Below are positions 19,990 through 28,333 of a stretch of 64,000 nt of DNA, piece by piece (position 1 is the first letter of the stretch; each line of letters opens with the position of its first letter). The stretch spans positions 11 through 64,010 of the forward strand of contig CACWUA010000001.1 in NCBI GenBank assembly GCA_902763905.1. The letters run 5' to 3'. A model generated the notes under the pieces. It ran no database searches and had not been told where the DNA came from. It saw only the letters and a list, made by a program, of their open reading frames with translations. This DNA is from an uncultured Pseudomonadota bacterium (GTDB lineage: Bacteria > Pseudomonadota > Alphaproteobacteria > RF32 > CAG-239). A program made the position numbers and the translations under genes.

Positions 19990-22900
19990 ATGAGGGATCC
20001 CAAGTTTATACATTTGCGGGTACACACGGCGTATTCATTATCGCTGGGAGCCATAACTGTTAAGGATCTTGTTCATAAATTACATGATTTAGATGTGCCG
20101 GCCTGTGCGATTACTGATAGAGGGAATCTGTTTGGGGGTAAAGCATTTTCCAAATTTGCATCTGATGAAGGGATTAAGCCGATACTCGGCTCAGAGTTGA
20201 GTTTACATAACGATGATTCAGAGAATCTATCAATCTCCAAAGGCAATGAACTTGAGCCTAAAAGATTGATTTTGCTGGTGCAAAATCAGGAAGGCTACAG
20301 CTCACTTATGAAACTGTATCGCCGCTATTATATGGATAATACCGAAAACAGTATTTATCCGCAAATTAAAATGGAGAATTTACGGGAATTTAATCGTGGT
20401 CTGATTTGCCTTACCGGCGGCTATGACGGACCGATAGGAGATTTGATTTTACAAAACAGACTTGCCGATGCCGAAAAGAAATTGCTCGAATTAAAAGAGA
20501 TTTTTAATGATAGGTTATATGTGGAAATTTCGCGGGTAGGGTATGCCGAAGAGCAAGCAACCGAAGCACCCTTTTTGGAACTGGCATTTAAACATGAAAT
20601 CCCGCTGGTGGCAACAAATGATGTATTTTTCTTTGATGAGGATATGTATGAGGCACATGATGCTTTGGTTTGTATTGCTGCCGGAGAATATGTAGAAGAA
20701 GAAAATCGCCGCAAATACCTGCCGACAAATCGTTGGCGCAGCGAACAGGAAATGGTCGAGCTCTTTGCTGATATTCCGGAAGCTGTTGAAAATACGGTAA
20801 AAATTGCTGAAAGATGCAATTATTTATCTAAAAAAGTCGAGCCTTTGTTGCCGATATTTATTTGTCCGGACGGAAAAACGCAGGATGAGTTTATTACCGA
20901 AGAAGCGTATAAAGGCTTACACGAGCGTATGGAAGCGCAGGTTTATACACCGGAAACAACACCGGAAGAGCGATTGGCGATTGATGAAGAATATTACGCG
21001 CGCTTGGAATATGAACTCAGCGTAATTAAGAAAATGGGCTTTCCGGGATATTTTCTCATCGTGTCTGATTTTATTCGCTGGTCTAAAACACATGGTGTGC
21101 CAATTGGGCCGGGGCGCGGTTCCGGTGCCGGTTCTATTGTGGCATGGTCGCTTAAAATTACGGACTTGGATCCGATTCGGTTGGATTTGCTTTTTGAACG
21201 TTTTTTGAATCCGGAACGCGTAAATATGCCGGATTTTGACGTCGACTTATGTCAGGAAAATCGTCATAAAACCATTGAATATGTGCAGGAAAAATACGGT
21301 CACGAAAAAGTGGCGCAGATTATAACATACGGCAAGTTGCAATCTAAAGCGGTGATTCGTGATGTGGCACGTGTTTTGCAAATGCCGTATAGTCAAGCAG
21401 ATAAAATTTCCAAGATGATACCACCCGGCTCCGGTGGTAAAAATCCGACACTGCCGGAATCATTGGAACTTGTGCCGGAATTACGGCAGTTACGCGACAG
21501 CGATCCACAGATTAATAAATTGTTTGAGATAGCTATTAAACTTGAGGGATTATATCGCAACTCCGGTATGCACGCGGCCGGTGTGGTTATCGGTGACCGT
21601 CCGCTCGATGAATTGGTGCCTTTGTATAAGGACCCGCGCGCCGATATGCCGGTAACACAATATGACATGAAGTTTGTGGAAGAAACCGGTTTAATTAAGT
21701 TTGACTTCTTGGGTTTGAAAACCCTAACCGTCATTGAGCGCGCTGTGGAATGGGTAAAGAAAATACACGGGATTGAATTGAAAATGGCCGAAGTGCCACT
21801 TGACGATGCCGATACTTATAAAATTTTGCAGGAAGGCAATACCAGTGCTGTATTCCAGTTTGAATCCGCAGGTATGCGTGATGTTATGAAGCAAATAAAA
21901 CCGGACCGTTTTGAAGATTTAATTGCGGTTATTTCATTGTACCGTCCGGGGCCGATGGCTAATATTCCAACCTTTATCAATCGCAAGCACGGCATTGAAA
22001 AAATAGAGTATTTGCACCCTGATTTGGCACCGATTCTTGATGAAACCTACGGGATTATGGTGTATCAGGAACAAGTGATGAAAATTGCCCAAGTGCTCGG
22101 CGGATATACACTCGGCGGTGCCGATAAATTGCGTAAGGTTATGGGTAAAAAAATGGTGGCGGAAATTCCGCACCAGCGAGAAATGTTTACCGAGGGTGCC
22201 ACCAAAAAAGGAATAGATCCTAAAATTTCCGGAGCGATTTTTGACCAGATGGCCAAGTTTGCCGAATATGGTTTTAATAAATCGCACGCTGCCGCATATT
22301 CGCTGATATCTTACCAAACAGCGTATTTAAAAGCCCATTATCCGGTGGAGTTTATGTGCGCAGTTATGGATTTTGATATTACCAATACCGATAAAATCGC
22401 ATTTTATACCGATGAAGTGCGGAAGATGGGATTCAAAGTTTTGCCGCCGGATATAAATTACTCCGATGCGTTATTCAAAGTAGAGGACGGCAATATTCGT
22501 TTTGCCCTTGCCGGAATCAAAAACGTTGGCGAAGCCAATATGAACGCAATCGTTGAAGAACGTGGGCAGAACGGTGTATTTAAAAATCTGTCTGACTTTA
22601 TTCATCGGGTTGATATCAAGCAAATCAACCGCCGACAGATGGAGCAACTGGTAAAAGCCGGAGCTTTTGACGGTTTGGAACAAAACAGAGCAAAATTATA
22701 TAATAATATCGATACGATTTTGCGCCATATTGCCGCAGCGTGCGAAACAAAAAGCAGTGCACAGGCTTCACTGTTCGGAAATCAGGAATTGGCGGCTGAA
22801 GTAAAACTGGATAACACAGGAGGTTGGTCTGACTTAGAGAAGTTGCAGTATGAATCTGAAGCCATTGGCTTCTATTTATCTGCGCATCCCTTGGATGTTT

Positions 22901-23463
22901 ATAAGGACAGCGTTGAAAGATTGGGTATCAAAAAATATACGGACGCAGTAAAAGGTATCAAAAACGGTGATAAGGTGTTGGTTAATCTGGCCGGTTGTGT
23001 GCAGAGCCTGCAAAAGCGCATTGGTAAAACCGGTAAAGAATACGGAATATTGCGGGTAAGCGATACATCTTCGGCTTTTGACGGTTTTGTGTGGAGCGAT
23101 ATGCTGCCGGCGGCAAAAGAGGCGGTGGCACAGGGTGTTCCACTGTTTTTGAGTGCCAAAATAGAGAAAAAAGATGATGATACTCCGCTCCGTATTAATT
23201 TTGATATTGTACGCACACTTGACGAGCAGATTACCTACAACTCCAAAGGTTTGGTAATCGGTATATCCGATGTGGCAGCAGTGCGTCCGATCAGAGAAAT
23301 GCTGTCACACGAAGATTACGGACCTTATAAAATATATATAGTACCGGAACTTGATGACTGGGATGTACGTATACAATTAAAAAACAGTTATGCGTTGGAT
23401 AATGGTAAATTGATGACAGCTATTCGTGCTATATCCGGTGTAACTTTGGTTAAGGAATTGTAA
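19990..23463 (+). CDS. dnaE: DNA polymerase III subunit alpha
   Basis: The PHP N-terminus (IHLRVHTAYSLSLGA), polymerase core (GPGRGSGAGS, FDFLGLKTLTV), OB fold and C-terminal region are all present. Confidence 0.95.
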   Translation: MRDPKFIHLRVHTAYSLSLGAITVKDLVHKLHDLDVPACAITDRGNLFGGKAFSKFASDEGIKPILGSELSLHNDDSENLSISKGNELEPKRLILLVQNQEGYSSLMKLYRRYYMDNTENSIYPQIKMENLREFNRGLICLTGGYDGPIGDLILQNRLADAEKKLLELKEIFNDRLYVEISRVGYAEEQATEAPFLELAFKHEIPLVATNDVFFFDEDMYEAHDALVCIAAGEYVEEENRRKYLPTNRWRSEQEMVELFADIPEAVENTVKIAERCNYLSKKVEPLLPIFICPDGKTQDEFITEEAYKGLHERMEAQVYTPETTPEERLAIDEEYYARLEYELSVIKKMGFPGYFLIVSDFIRWSKTHGVPIGPGRGSGAGSIVAWSLKITDLDPIRLDLLFERFLNPERVNMPDFDVDLCQENRHKTIEYVQEKYGHEKVAQIITYGKLQSKAVIRDVARVLQMPYSQADKISKMIPPGSGGKNPTLPESLELVPELRQLRDSDPQINKLFEIAIKLEGLYRNSGMHAAGVVIGDRPLDELVPLYKDPRADMPVTQYDMKFVEETGLIKFDFLGLKTLTVIERAVEWVKKIHGIELKMAEVPLDDADTYKILQEGNTSAVFQFESAGMRDVMKQIKPDRFEDLIAVISLYRPGPMANIPTFINRKHGIEKIEYLHPDLAPILDETYGIMVYQEQVMKIAQVLGGYTLGGADKLRKVMGKKMVAEIPHQREMFTEGATKKGIDPKISGAIFDQMAKFAEYGFNKSHAAAYSLISYQTAYLKAHYPVEFMCAVMDFDITNTDKIAFYTDEVRKMGFKVLPPDINYSDALFKVEDGNIRFALAGIKNVGEANMNAIVEERGQNGVFKNLSDFIHRVDIKQINRRQMEQLVKAGAFDGLEQNRAKLYNNIDTILRHIAAACETKSSAQASLFGNQELAAEVKLDNTGGWSDLEKLQYESEAIGFYLSAHPLDVYKDSVERLGIKKYTDAVKGIKNGDKVLVNLAGCVQSLQKRIGKTGKEYGILRVSDTSSAFDGFVWSDMLPAAKEAVAQGVPLFLSAKIEKKDDDTPLRINFDIVRTLDEQITYNSKGLVIGISDVAAVRPIREMLSHEDYGPYKIYIVPELDDWDVRIQLKNSYALDNGKLMTAIRAISGVTLVKEL

Positions 23464-23464
23464 G

Positions 23465-24403
23465 ATGGGCAATGATAATCAATATACATTTTTGAGAGTT
23501 TGTCGAACATTCTTAAAAGCAATTTTGCACACTTTTGTGCAATGGAGAATGTTTATCGTTTATGCCGCGTCGCTGACGTTTTTGAATGCTCTGTTTGGTC
23601 GTTGGACTTATTCCTGCAATACGGATATAAAATATTGGTGCTCTTTTGCTCCGGAGAACAGATATATTTTTATAATATATTTGTTATTTTACTGCGGAGC
23701 GGTGTTTTATCTCTTTGCTTCTTTTATAACAGACTTTAAGAACAGTGTATTTAAAGATACTCTTTTTAAGCCTCGTGATATGTTATGTTGTGTTTACTAT
23801 AAAATGCGTATGACATTGTTGCTGTTTATTTTTACTGTCAGCTTAATTCTGGCACTGAGCGGAGCTATATATATAATTCAGAAGCCGGCAGATCCGGATT
23901 TCATAATAGAATTTTGCTGGTTCCTTCTGACCTTTTCTTTGTTGCTCTGGCCGCTATTTATGATACGCTGTTGTGCATGTTTTGCATATTATCTGCAAAC
24001 GGGTAGGTTAGAAATAAAAAAAGTATTTAGCAACACTTCAGGTCGAACACATGTCAGCATAGTTTGGTTTATGCTGCTCATGATGACTCTGCTGATATTG
24101 AATATGCGCTTTATGTTTGATGCAATTTATGTCGAACAGCATTACAATTATTTATTTACAGCTGTTGCAGTAGAATTTCTCGGCAGTGTGTTTAAGTTTA
24201 TATGCTTGGCATTGTATCTTTTGCTCTTTTATTCTCAATATGTGCAAATGGAAAAGAATTCGGCAGAAAAAAATATGGTCTTGGCAAACGATGACAATGC
24301 ATCGGGCAGCCTTGCCATAACACCAACATTATACAATGCATTGGGTAAAAAGAAAAAACATAAGATAAAGTCAAAAGCTGTAAGCCGGAAGAAAAGGAAC
24401 TGA
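23465..24403 (+). CDS. Hypothetical polytopic membrane protein
   Basis: The ORF is 312 aa with ~7 predicted hydrophobic helices and a Lys-rich C-terminus. Its ATG lies 1 nt after the dnaE stop. Confidence 0.45.
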   Translation: MGNDNQYTFLRVCRTFLKAILHTFVQWRMFIVYAASLTFLNALFGRWTYSCNTDIKYWCSFAPENRYIFIIYLLFYCGAVFYLFASFITDFKNSVFKDTLFKPRDMLCCVYYKMRMTLLLFIFTVSLILALSGAIYIIQKPADPDFIIEFCWFLLTFSLLLWPLFMIRCCACFAYYLQTGRLEIKKVFSNTSGRTHVSIVWFMLLMMTLLILNMRFMFDAIYVEQHYNYLFTAVAVEFLGSVFKFICLALYLLLFYSQYVQMEKNSAEKNMVLANDDNASGSLAITPTLYNALGKKKKHKIKSKAVSRKKRN

Positions 24404-24599
24404 TATTTATTATCATGATGTTAACAATAAAATATATGCTGAAATCGAAAAAAATGCTGTCCGATGATTTTATCCACGATATGTAAAATTTTATCATAAA
24501 GATAGTGAAAAGTAAATTTTTATGCTTTAGTATACACTTAACCGGTCAGAGGAACGTAGGTTGCTTTGATCATAGTTTAATTTTTAAAAGGAAGGAAAA

Positions 24600-27119
24600 A
24601 TGTTTAGCAAAGCAAAAATTTGTAAGGTTGTGTTATCAGCCTTGACTGTATTGTTTTCTGCTGTAAGCGTTGCTTCCGCTTCGGAACTTGATTTGGTTAT
24701 TCCGAATTTGGCGGATGCAACATACAGCATATTCGGTCATGATTCTATATTTAATCAGCCGATTACCGGTAACTTTCTGCTTTTGTGTGGTATGGGTATT
24801 TGCCTGCTCGGAATGATTTTCGGTTTGTGGGAATTTTTCAGTATCAAAAAAATGCCGGCTCACGAAGCCATGTTAAAGGTATCTGAAACGATTTATGCCA
24901 CTTGTACGACATACATGAAGCAACAAGCTAAATTGCTGTTTGTTCTTGAGTTGTTTATCGGCGCATGTATTGTTTATTATTTTGCCGGCTTAAACCATAC
25001 ACCATTGCCGCAAGTTGCCATTATCTTGTTATGGTCAATTTTGGGTATTTTAGGTTCGTTTACGGTTGCATGGTTCGGTATGCGGATTAATACTTATGCC
25101 AATTCCCGTACTTCTTTTGCTTCCTTAAAAGGAAATGCTTATCCTGTAATGCACTTACCGCTTCGCTCCGGTATGTCCATCGGTGTATTGCTGATTTGCG
25201 TTGAATTGATTATGATGATGTTCATTTTGGTATTCGTTCCGCGCGAAACGGCCGGCGCTTGCTTTATCGGCTTTGCTATCGGTGAATCTCTGGGGGCATC
25301 GGCTTTACGTATTTGCGGCGGTATCTTTACCAAAATTGCCGACATCGGCGCCGATTTAATGAAGATTATCTTCAAAATTGACGAAGACGATGCACGCAAC
25401 CCTGGCGTTATTGCCGACTGCACCGGCGACAATGCCGGCGATTCTTGCGGCCCGACTGCCGATGGCTTTGAAACATACGGCGTAACCGGAGTAGCTCTTA
25501 TCAGCTTTATCGTATTGGCTGCCGGTAACTTCTTTACCGCTGACGGGGCTTTGGCTTCCGACATCCATGCTCAACAGTTGCAGGCGCGCTTGATTACATG
25601 GATTTTTGTAATGCGCATTTTGATGATTATCACATCGGTATTCTCTTATGCCATTAATGGTTTCTTCTCTAAGCTGATTTACGGTAATTCCAAAGAGTTT
25701 GATTTTGAAAAACCGCTAACCAGCCTGATTTGGATTACTTCCATTATATCCATTGCCGTAACTTTTGCCGCTTCTTATTTCATGTTACCGATTAGAAGCT
25801 TTGGTCCGAATATATGGTGGGAATTGTCGGTAATCATCAGTTGCGGTACATTGGCTGCAGCCATTATTCCTGAATTTACAAAGATATTTACTTCATCTAA
25901 GTCTAAGCATGTTCAAGAAGTTGTAAACGCCAGCCGTGAAGCTGGTGCGTCCTTAAACATCTTATCAGGTATCGTATCCGGTAACTTCTCCGGTTTCTGG
26001 CAAGGCATTGTTATTGCCGGTTTAATGAGTTTGGCATATGCTACCGCATCCGGCCATTTGGCTGATATGATAGCGGGTTTCTTCGGTTATGATGTTTTGC
26101 CTCAATCGCATATCGGTGCAATTATGATTTATCCGACAGTATTTGCGTTTGGGTTGGTTGCCTTCGGCATGCTCGGAATGGGACCGGTTACAATTGCCGT
26201 AGACAGTTATGGTCCGGTTACCGATAATGCTCAGTCCGTATTTGAATTGTCGCAGATTGAAAGCATTAAAGGTATCAAGAAAGAAATTAAGAAGGATTAC
26301 GGTTTTGAACCTGATTTTGAACATGGCAAGCACTTGCTTGAAGCCAACGATTCGGCAGGTAACACCTTTAAGGCCACTTCCAAGCCGGTGCTGATCGGTA
26401 CGGCCGTAATCGGTGCCACTACAATGATTTTCTCAATCATTTTGCTGTTGCATCTTGAATTGAATTTGATTGATGCCCGCGTATTAATCGGTTTGATTTT
26501 GGGCGGTGCCGTGATTTACTGGTTCTCCGGTGCGGCGATCCAAGCTGTTTCCACCGGTGCTTATCGTGCCGTAAACTACATTAAAGAGCACATTAAGCTT
26601 GATACCAAAAAAGCGGCTTCGGTTGAAGATTCCAAGACGGTTGTGAAGATTTGCACGCAATATGCGCAAAAAGGTATGTTCAATATCTTTATCGTAATTT
26701 TCTCGTTTGCGATTGCGTTTGCGTTCTTCGGTCCGGAATTGTTCGCCAGCTACCTGATTTCCATTGCTATTTTCGGCTTGTATCAGGCGCTTTATATGGC
26801 CAATGCCGGCGGTGCATGGGATAACGCCAAAAAGGTGGTTGAAGTTGATTTGAACGAAAAAGGTACACCGTTACACGATGCTTCCGTTGTCGGCGATACG
26901 GTGGGCGATCCGTACAAAGATACAGCTTCGGTTGCCTTGAACCCGATTATTAAATTTACCACCTTGTTCGGCTTGTTGGCAGCAGAAATGTCGGCAAAAG
27001 TATCGGAAGAAAATCCGAACCTTGCCTTAGGCATTGCCTGTGCCTTCTTGGCCATCGGTTTGGTATTTGTATGGCGTTCATTCTACGCTATGCGCATTGA
27101 AGCCAAAAAAATGGATTAA
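24600..27119 (+). CDS. hppA: Membrane-bound H+-translocating pyrophosphatase
   Basis: V-PPase motifs (GDNAGD, VGDTVGDPYKDTASVALNPIIK, DNVGD-like). An AGGAAGGA RBS lies upstream, and the N-terminus carries an ~35-aa signal-peptide-like extension. Confidence 0.9.
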   Translation: MFSKAKICKVVLSALTVLFSAVSVASASELDLVIPNLADATYSIFGHDSIFNQPITGNFLLLCGMGICLLGMIFGLWEFFSIKKMPAHEAMLKVSETIYATCTTYMKQQAKLLFVLELFIGACIVYYFAGLNHTPLPQVAIILLWSILGILGSFTVAWFGMRINTYANSRTSFASLKGNAYPVMHLPLRSGMSIGVLLICVELIMMMFILVFVPRETAGACFIGFAIGESLGASALRICGGIFTKIADIGADLMKIIFKIDEDDARNPGVIADCTGDNAGDSCGPTADGFETYGVTGVALISFIVLAAGNFFTADGALASDIHAQQLQARLITWIFVMRILMIITSVFSYAINGFFSKLIYGNSKEFDFEKPLTSLIWITSIISIAVTFAASYFMLPIRSFGPNIWWELSVIISCGTLAAAIIPEFTKIFTSSKSKHVQEVVNASREAGASLNILSGIVSGNFSGFWQGIVIAGLMSLAYATASGHLADMIAGFFGYDVLPQSHIGAIMIYPTVFAFGLVAFGMLGMGPVTIAVDSYGPVTDNAQSVFELSQIESIKGIKKEIKKDYGFEPDFEHGKHLLEANDSAGNTFKATSKPVLIGTAVIGATTMIFSIILLLHLELNLIDARVLIGLILGGAVIYWFSGAAIQAVSTGAYRAVNYIKEHIKLDTKKAASVEDSKTVVKICTQYAQKGMFNIFIVIFSFAIAFAFFGPELFASYLISIAIFGLYQALYMANAGGAWDNAKKVVEVDLNEKGTPLHDASVVGDTVGDPYKDTASVALNPIIKFTTLFGLLAAEMSAKVSEENPNLALGIACAFLAIGLVFVWRSFYAMRIEAKKMD

Positions 27120-27149
27120 GTCGTTGACTAATTCGTTTTAGTTTGTTAG

Positions 27150-27186
27150 AACGGCGGCATTATCACGATGTCGTCGTTCTTTTTTA
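27150..27186 (+). terminator. Rho-independent terminator downstream of hppA
   Basis: GAACGGCG...CGTCGTTC stem (1 mismatch) followed by TTTTTTAT. Confidence 0.45.
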
Positions 27187-27200
27187 TAAAGGAGTTTGTT

Positions 27201-27830
27201 ATGCTTAATTCTGCGCTTGAATTTATAAAAAGCTTTAATATAACGCAATTTACCGGAGCGTTTATCGTTTTGTTCGCTATTATAGACATTATCGGCACTT
27301 TGCCGATTGTGATGAATTTGCAACGCAACGGCCGCATTGTCAGCGCCTCTCGCGCCAGTATCATATCGTTTATTTTGTTTGTCGGGTTTATGTATATGGG
27401 AGAGGCTTTTTTGGGGTTGTTCAGCCTTGATTTATCTTCATTTGCGGTTGCCGGTTCAATTATCATTTTTGTGATTGCCATGGAGATGGTGTTGGACTTG
27501 GAGATTTTTCGTTCCAATAATGCCACCGGAAACGATGCCACTTTTACACCGGTGGTGTTTCCGCTGATAGCCGGTGCCGGTTCTTTTACGACCTTACTGT
27601 CGATTCGTTCGCAGTACTCTGATTTTAATATTCTGTTGGCGGTGCTGGCAAACGTAATCATTGTTTATTTTGCGCTCAAATCATCGCAAAAGCTCGAAAA
27701 AATATTGTCTCCGGGGGTTATCTGCATCTTTCAAAAGGCTTTCGGGATTATTCTTCTTTCCATTTCCGTAAAGCTGTTTACTTCCAACCTGACCATGATT
27801 GTCGAAAACATCTCCAAGTGTGCGGAATAA
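27201..27830 (+). CDS. marC: MarC family (UPF0056) integral membrane protein
   Basis: The protein is ~210 aa with 6 TM helices and the MarC-type pattern. An AAAGGAG RBS lies 8 nt upstream of the ATG at 27201. Confidence 0.75.
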   Translation: MLNSALEFIKSFNITQFTGAFIVLFAIIDIIGTLPIVMNLQRNGRIVSASRASIISFILFVGFMYMGEAFLGLFSLDLSSFAVAGSIIIFVIAMEMVLDLEIFRSNNATGNDATFTPVVFPLIAGAGSFTTLLSIRSQYSDFNILLAVLANVIIVYFALKSSQKLEKILSPGVICIFQKAFGIILLSISVKLFTSNLTMIVENISKCAE

Positions 27831-27859
27831 CTTTTGCTTGCAATTTTGTTTTGATACGC

Positions 27860-28023
27860 TAATATAAACCTGTCGGCGAGAGGTCGTCGGCGGAGTGTAA
27901 CGGCTCCTCTCAAATAAAATAACTCCTCTGCAACGGGGAGCCGATGGAATATATTGAATACATCGGACTGTATTTGAGCAGTCGTTAACTCCCCACCTTA
28001 AAGGAATTTAGGGTGGTTTTTTT
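27860..28023 (+). ncRNA. Candidate small structured RNA or attenuator ending in a strong intrinsic terminator (27993-28023)
   Basis: Nested inverted repeats: GAGAGG..CCTCTC, GGGGAG..CTCCCC enclosing CCGATGG..CATCGG. They are followed by a 10-bp stem, a GGAA tetraloop and T7 (CCACCTTAAA-GGAA-TTTAGGGTGG-TTTTTTT). Confidence 0.3.
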
Positions 28024-28055
28024 GTTGTGATATTAACAAAAGAGGAGTTACGCAA

Positions 28056-28283
28056 ATGAAAATAAAGTCTTGCTGTATGGATAAACAAACCATACAAGAA
28101 ATCGGTCATCAACTATGGCAAATGCGCCAAGAACGCAGAATGTATCTGCATACGGTATCTTTCCAAACCCGCATTCCCGAGAGAGTAATAGAGGGTATGG
28201 AAATCGGTAAGTTTATTAAATATTCCGCTTTTCGGTGCCTGATGGAGTTCTATGGCAAAAAAATGCGGATTGTTTTTGAATAA
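28056..28283 (+). CDS. Small XRE-family helix-turn-helix protein
   Basis: The ORF is 75 aa and a GAGGAG RBS lies 7 nt upstream. IGHQLWQMRQERRMYLHTVSFQTRIPERVIEGMEIGK fits a Cro/C1-type HTH. It is convergent with virD4. Confidence 0.5.
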   Translation: MKIKSCCMDKQTIQEIGHQLWQMRQERRMYLHTVSFQTRIPERVIEGMEIGKFIKYSAFRCLMEFYGKKMRIVFE

Positions 28284-28285
28284 AA

Positions 28286-28315
28286 GAAAAGCCTCGCTTA
28301 GCGGCGGGGCTTTTA
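28286..28315. terminator. Bidirectional intrinsic terminator between the HTH gene (+) and virD4 (-)
   Basis: AAAAGCCTCGC-ttagcg-GCGGGGCTTTT: an 8-bp stem flanked by an A-run and a T-run. Confidence 0.6.
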
Positions 28316-28333
28316 TCGTTAATAAGGCACTTT

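Noticed and set aside
24468-24476. DnaA-box-like 9-mers (TTATCCACG at 24468; TTATCCACA at 58181)
   Set aside because: These are isolated single boxes, one of them inside dsbA, with no cluster or adjacent AT-rich DUE. They do not amount to an oriC.
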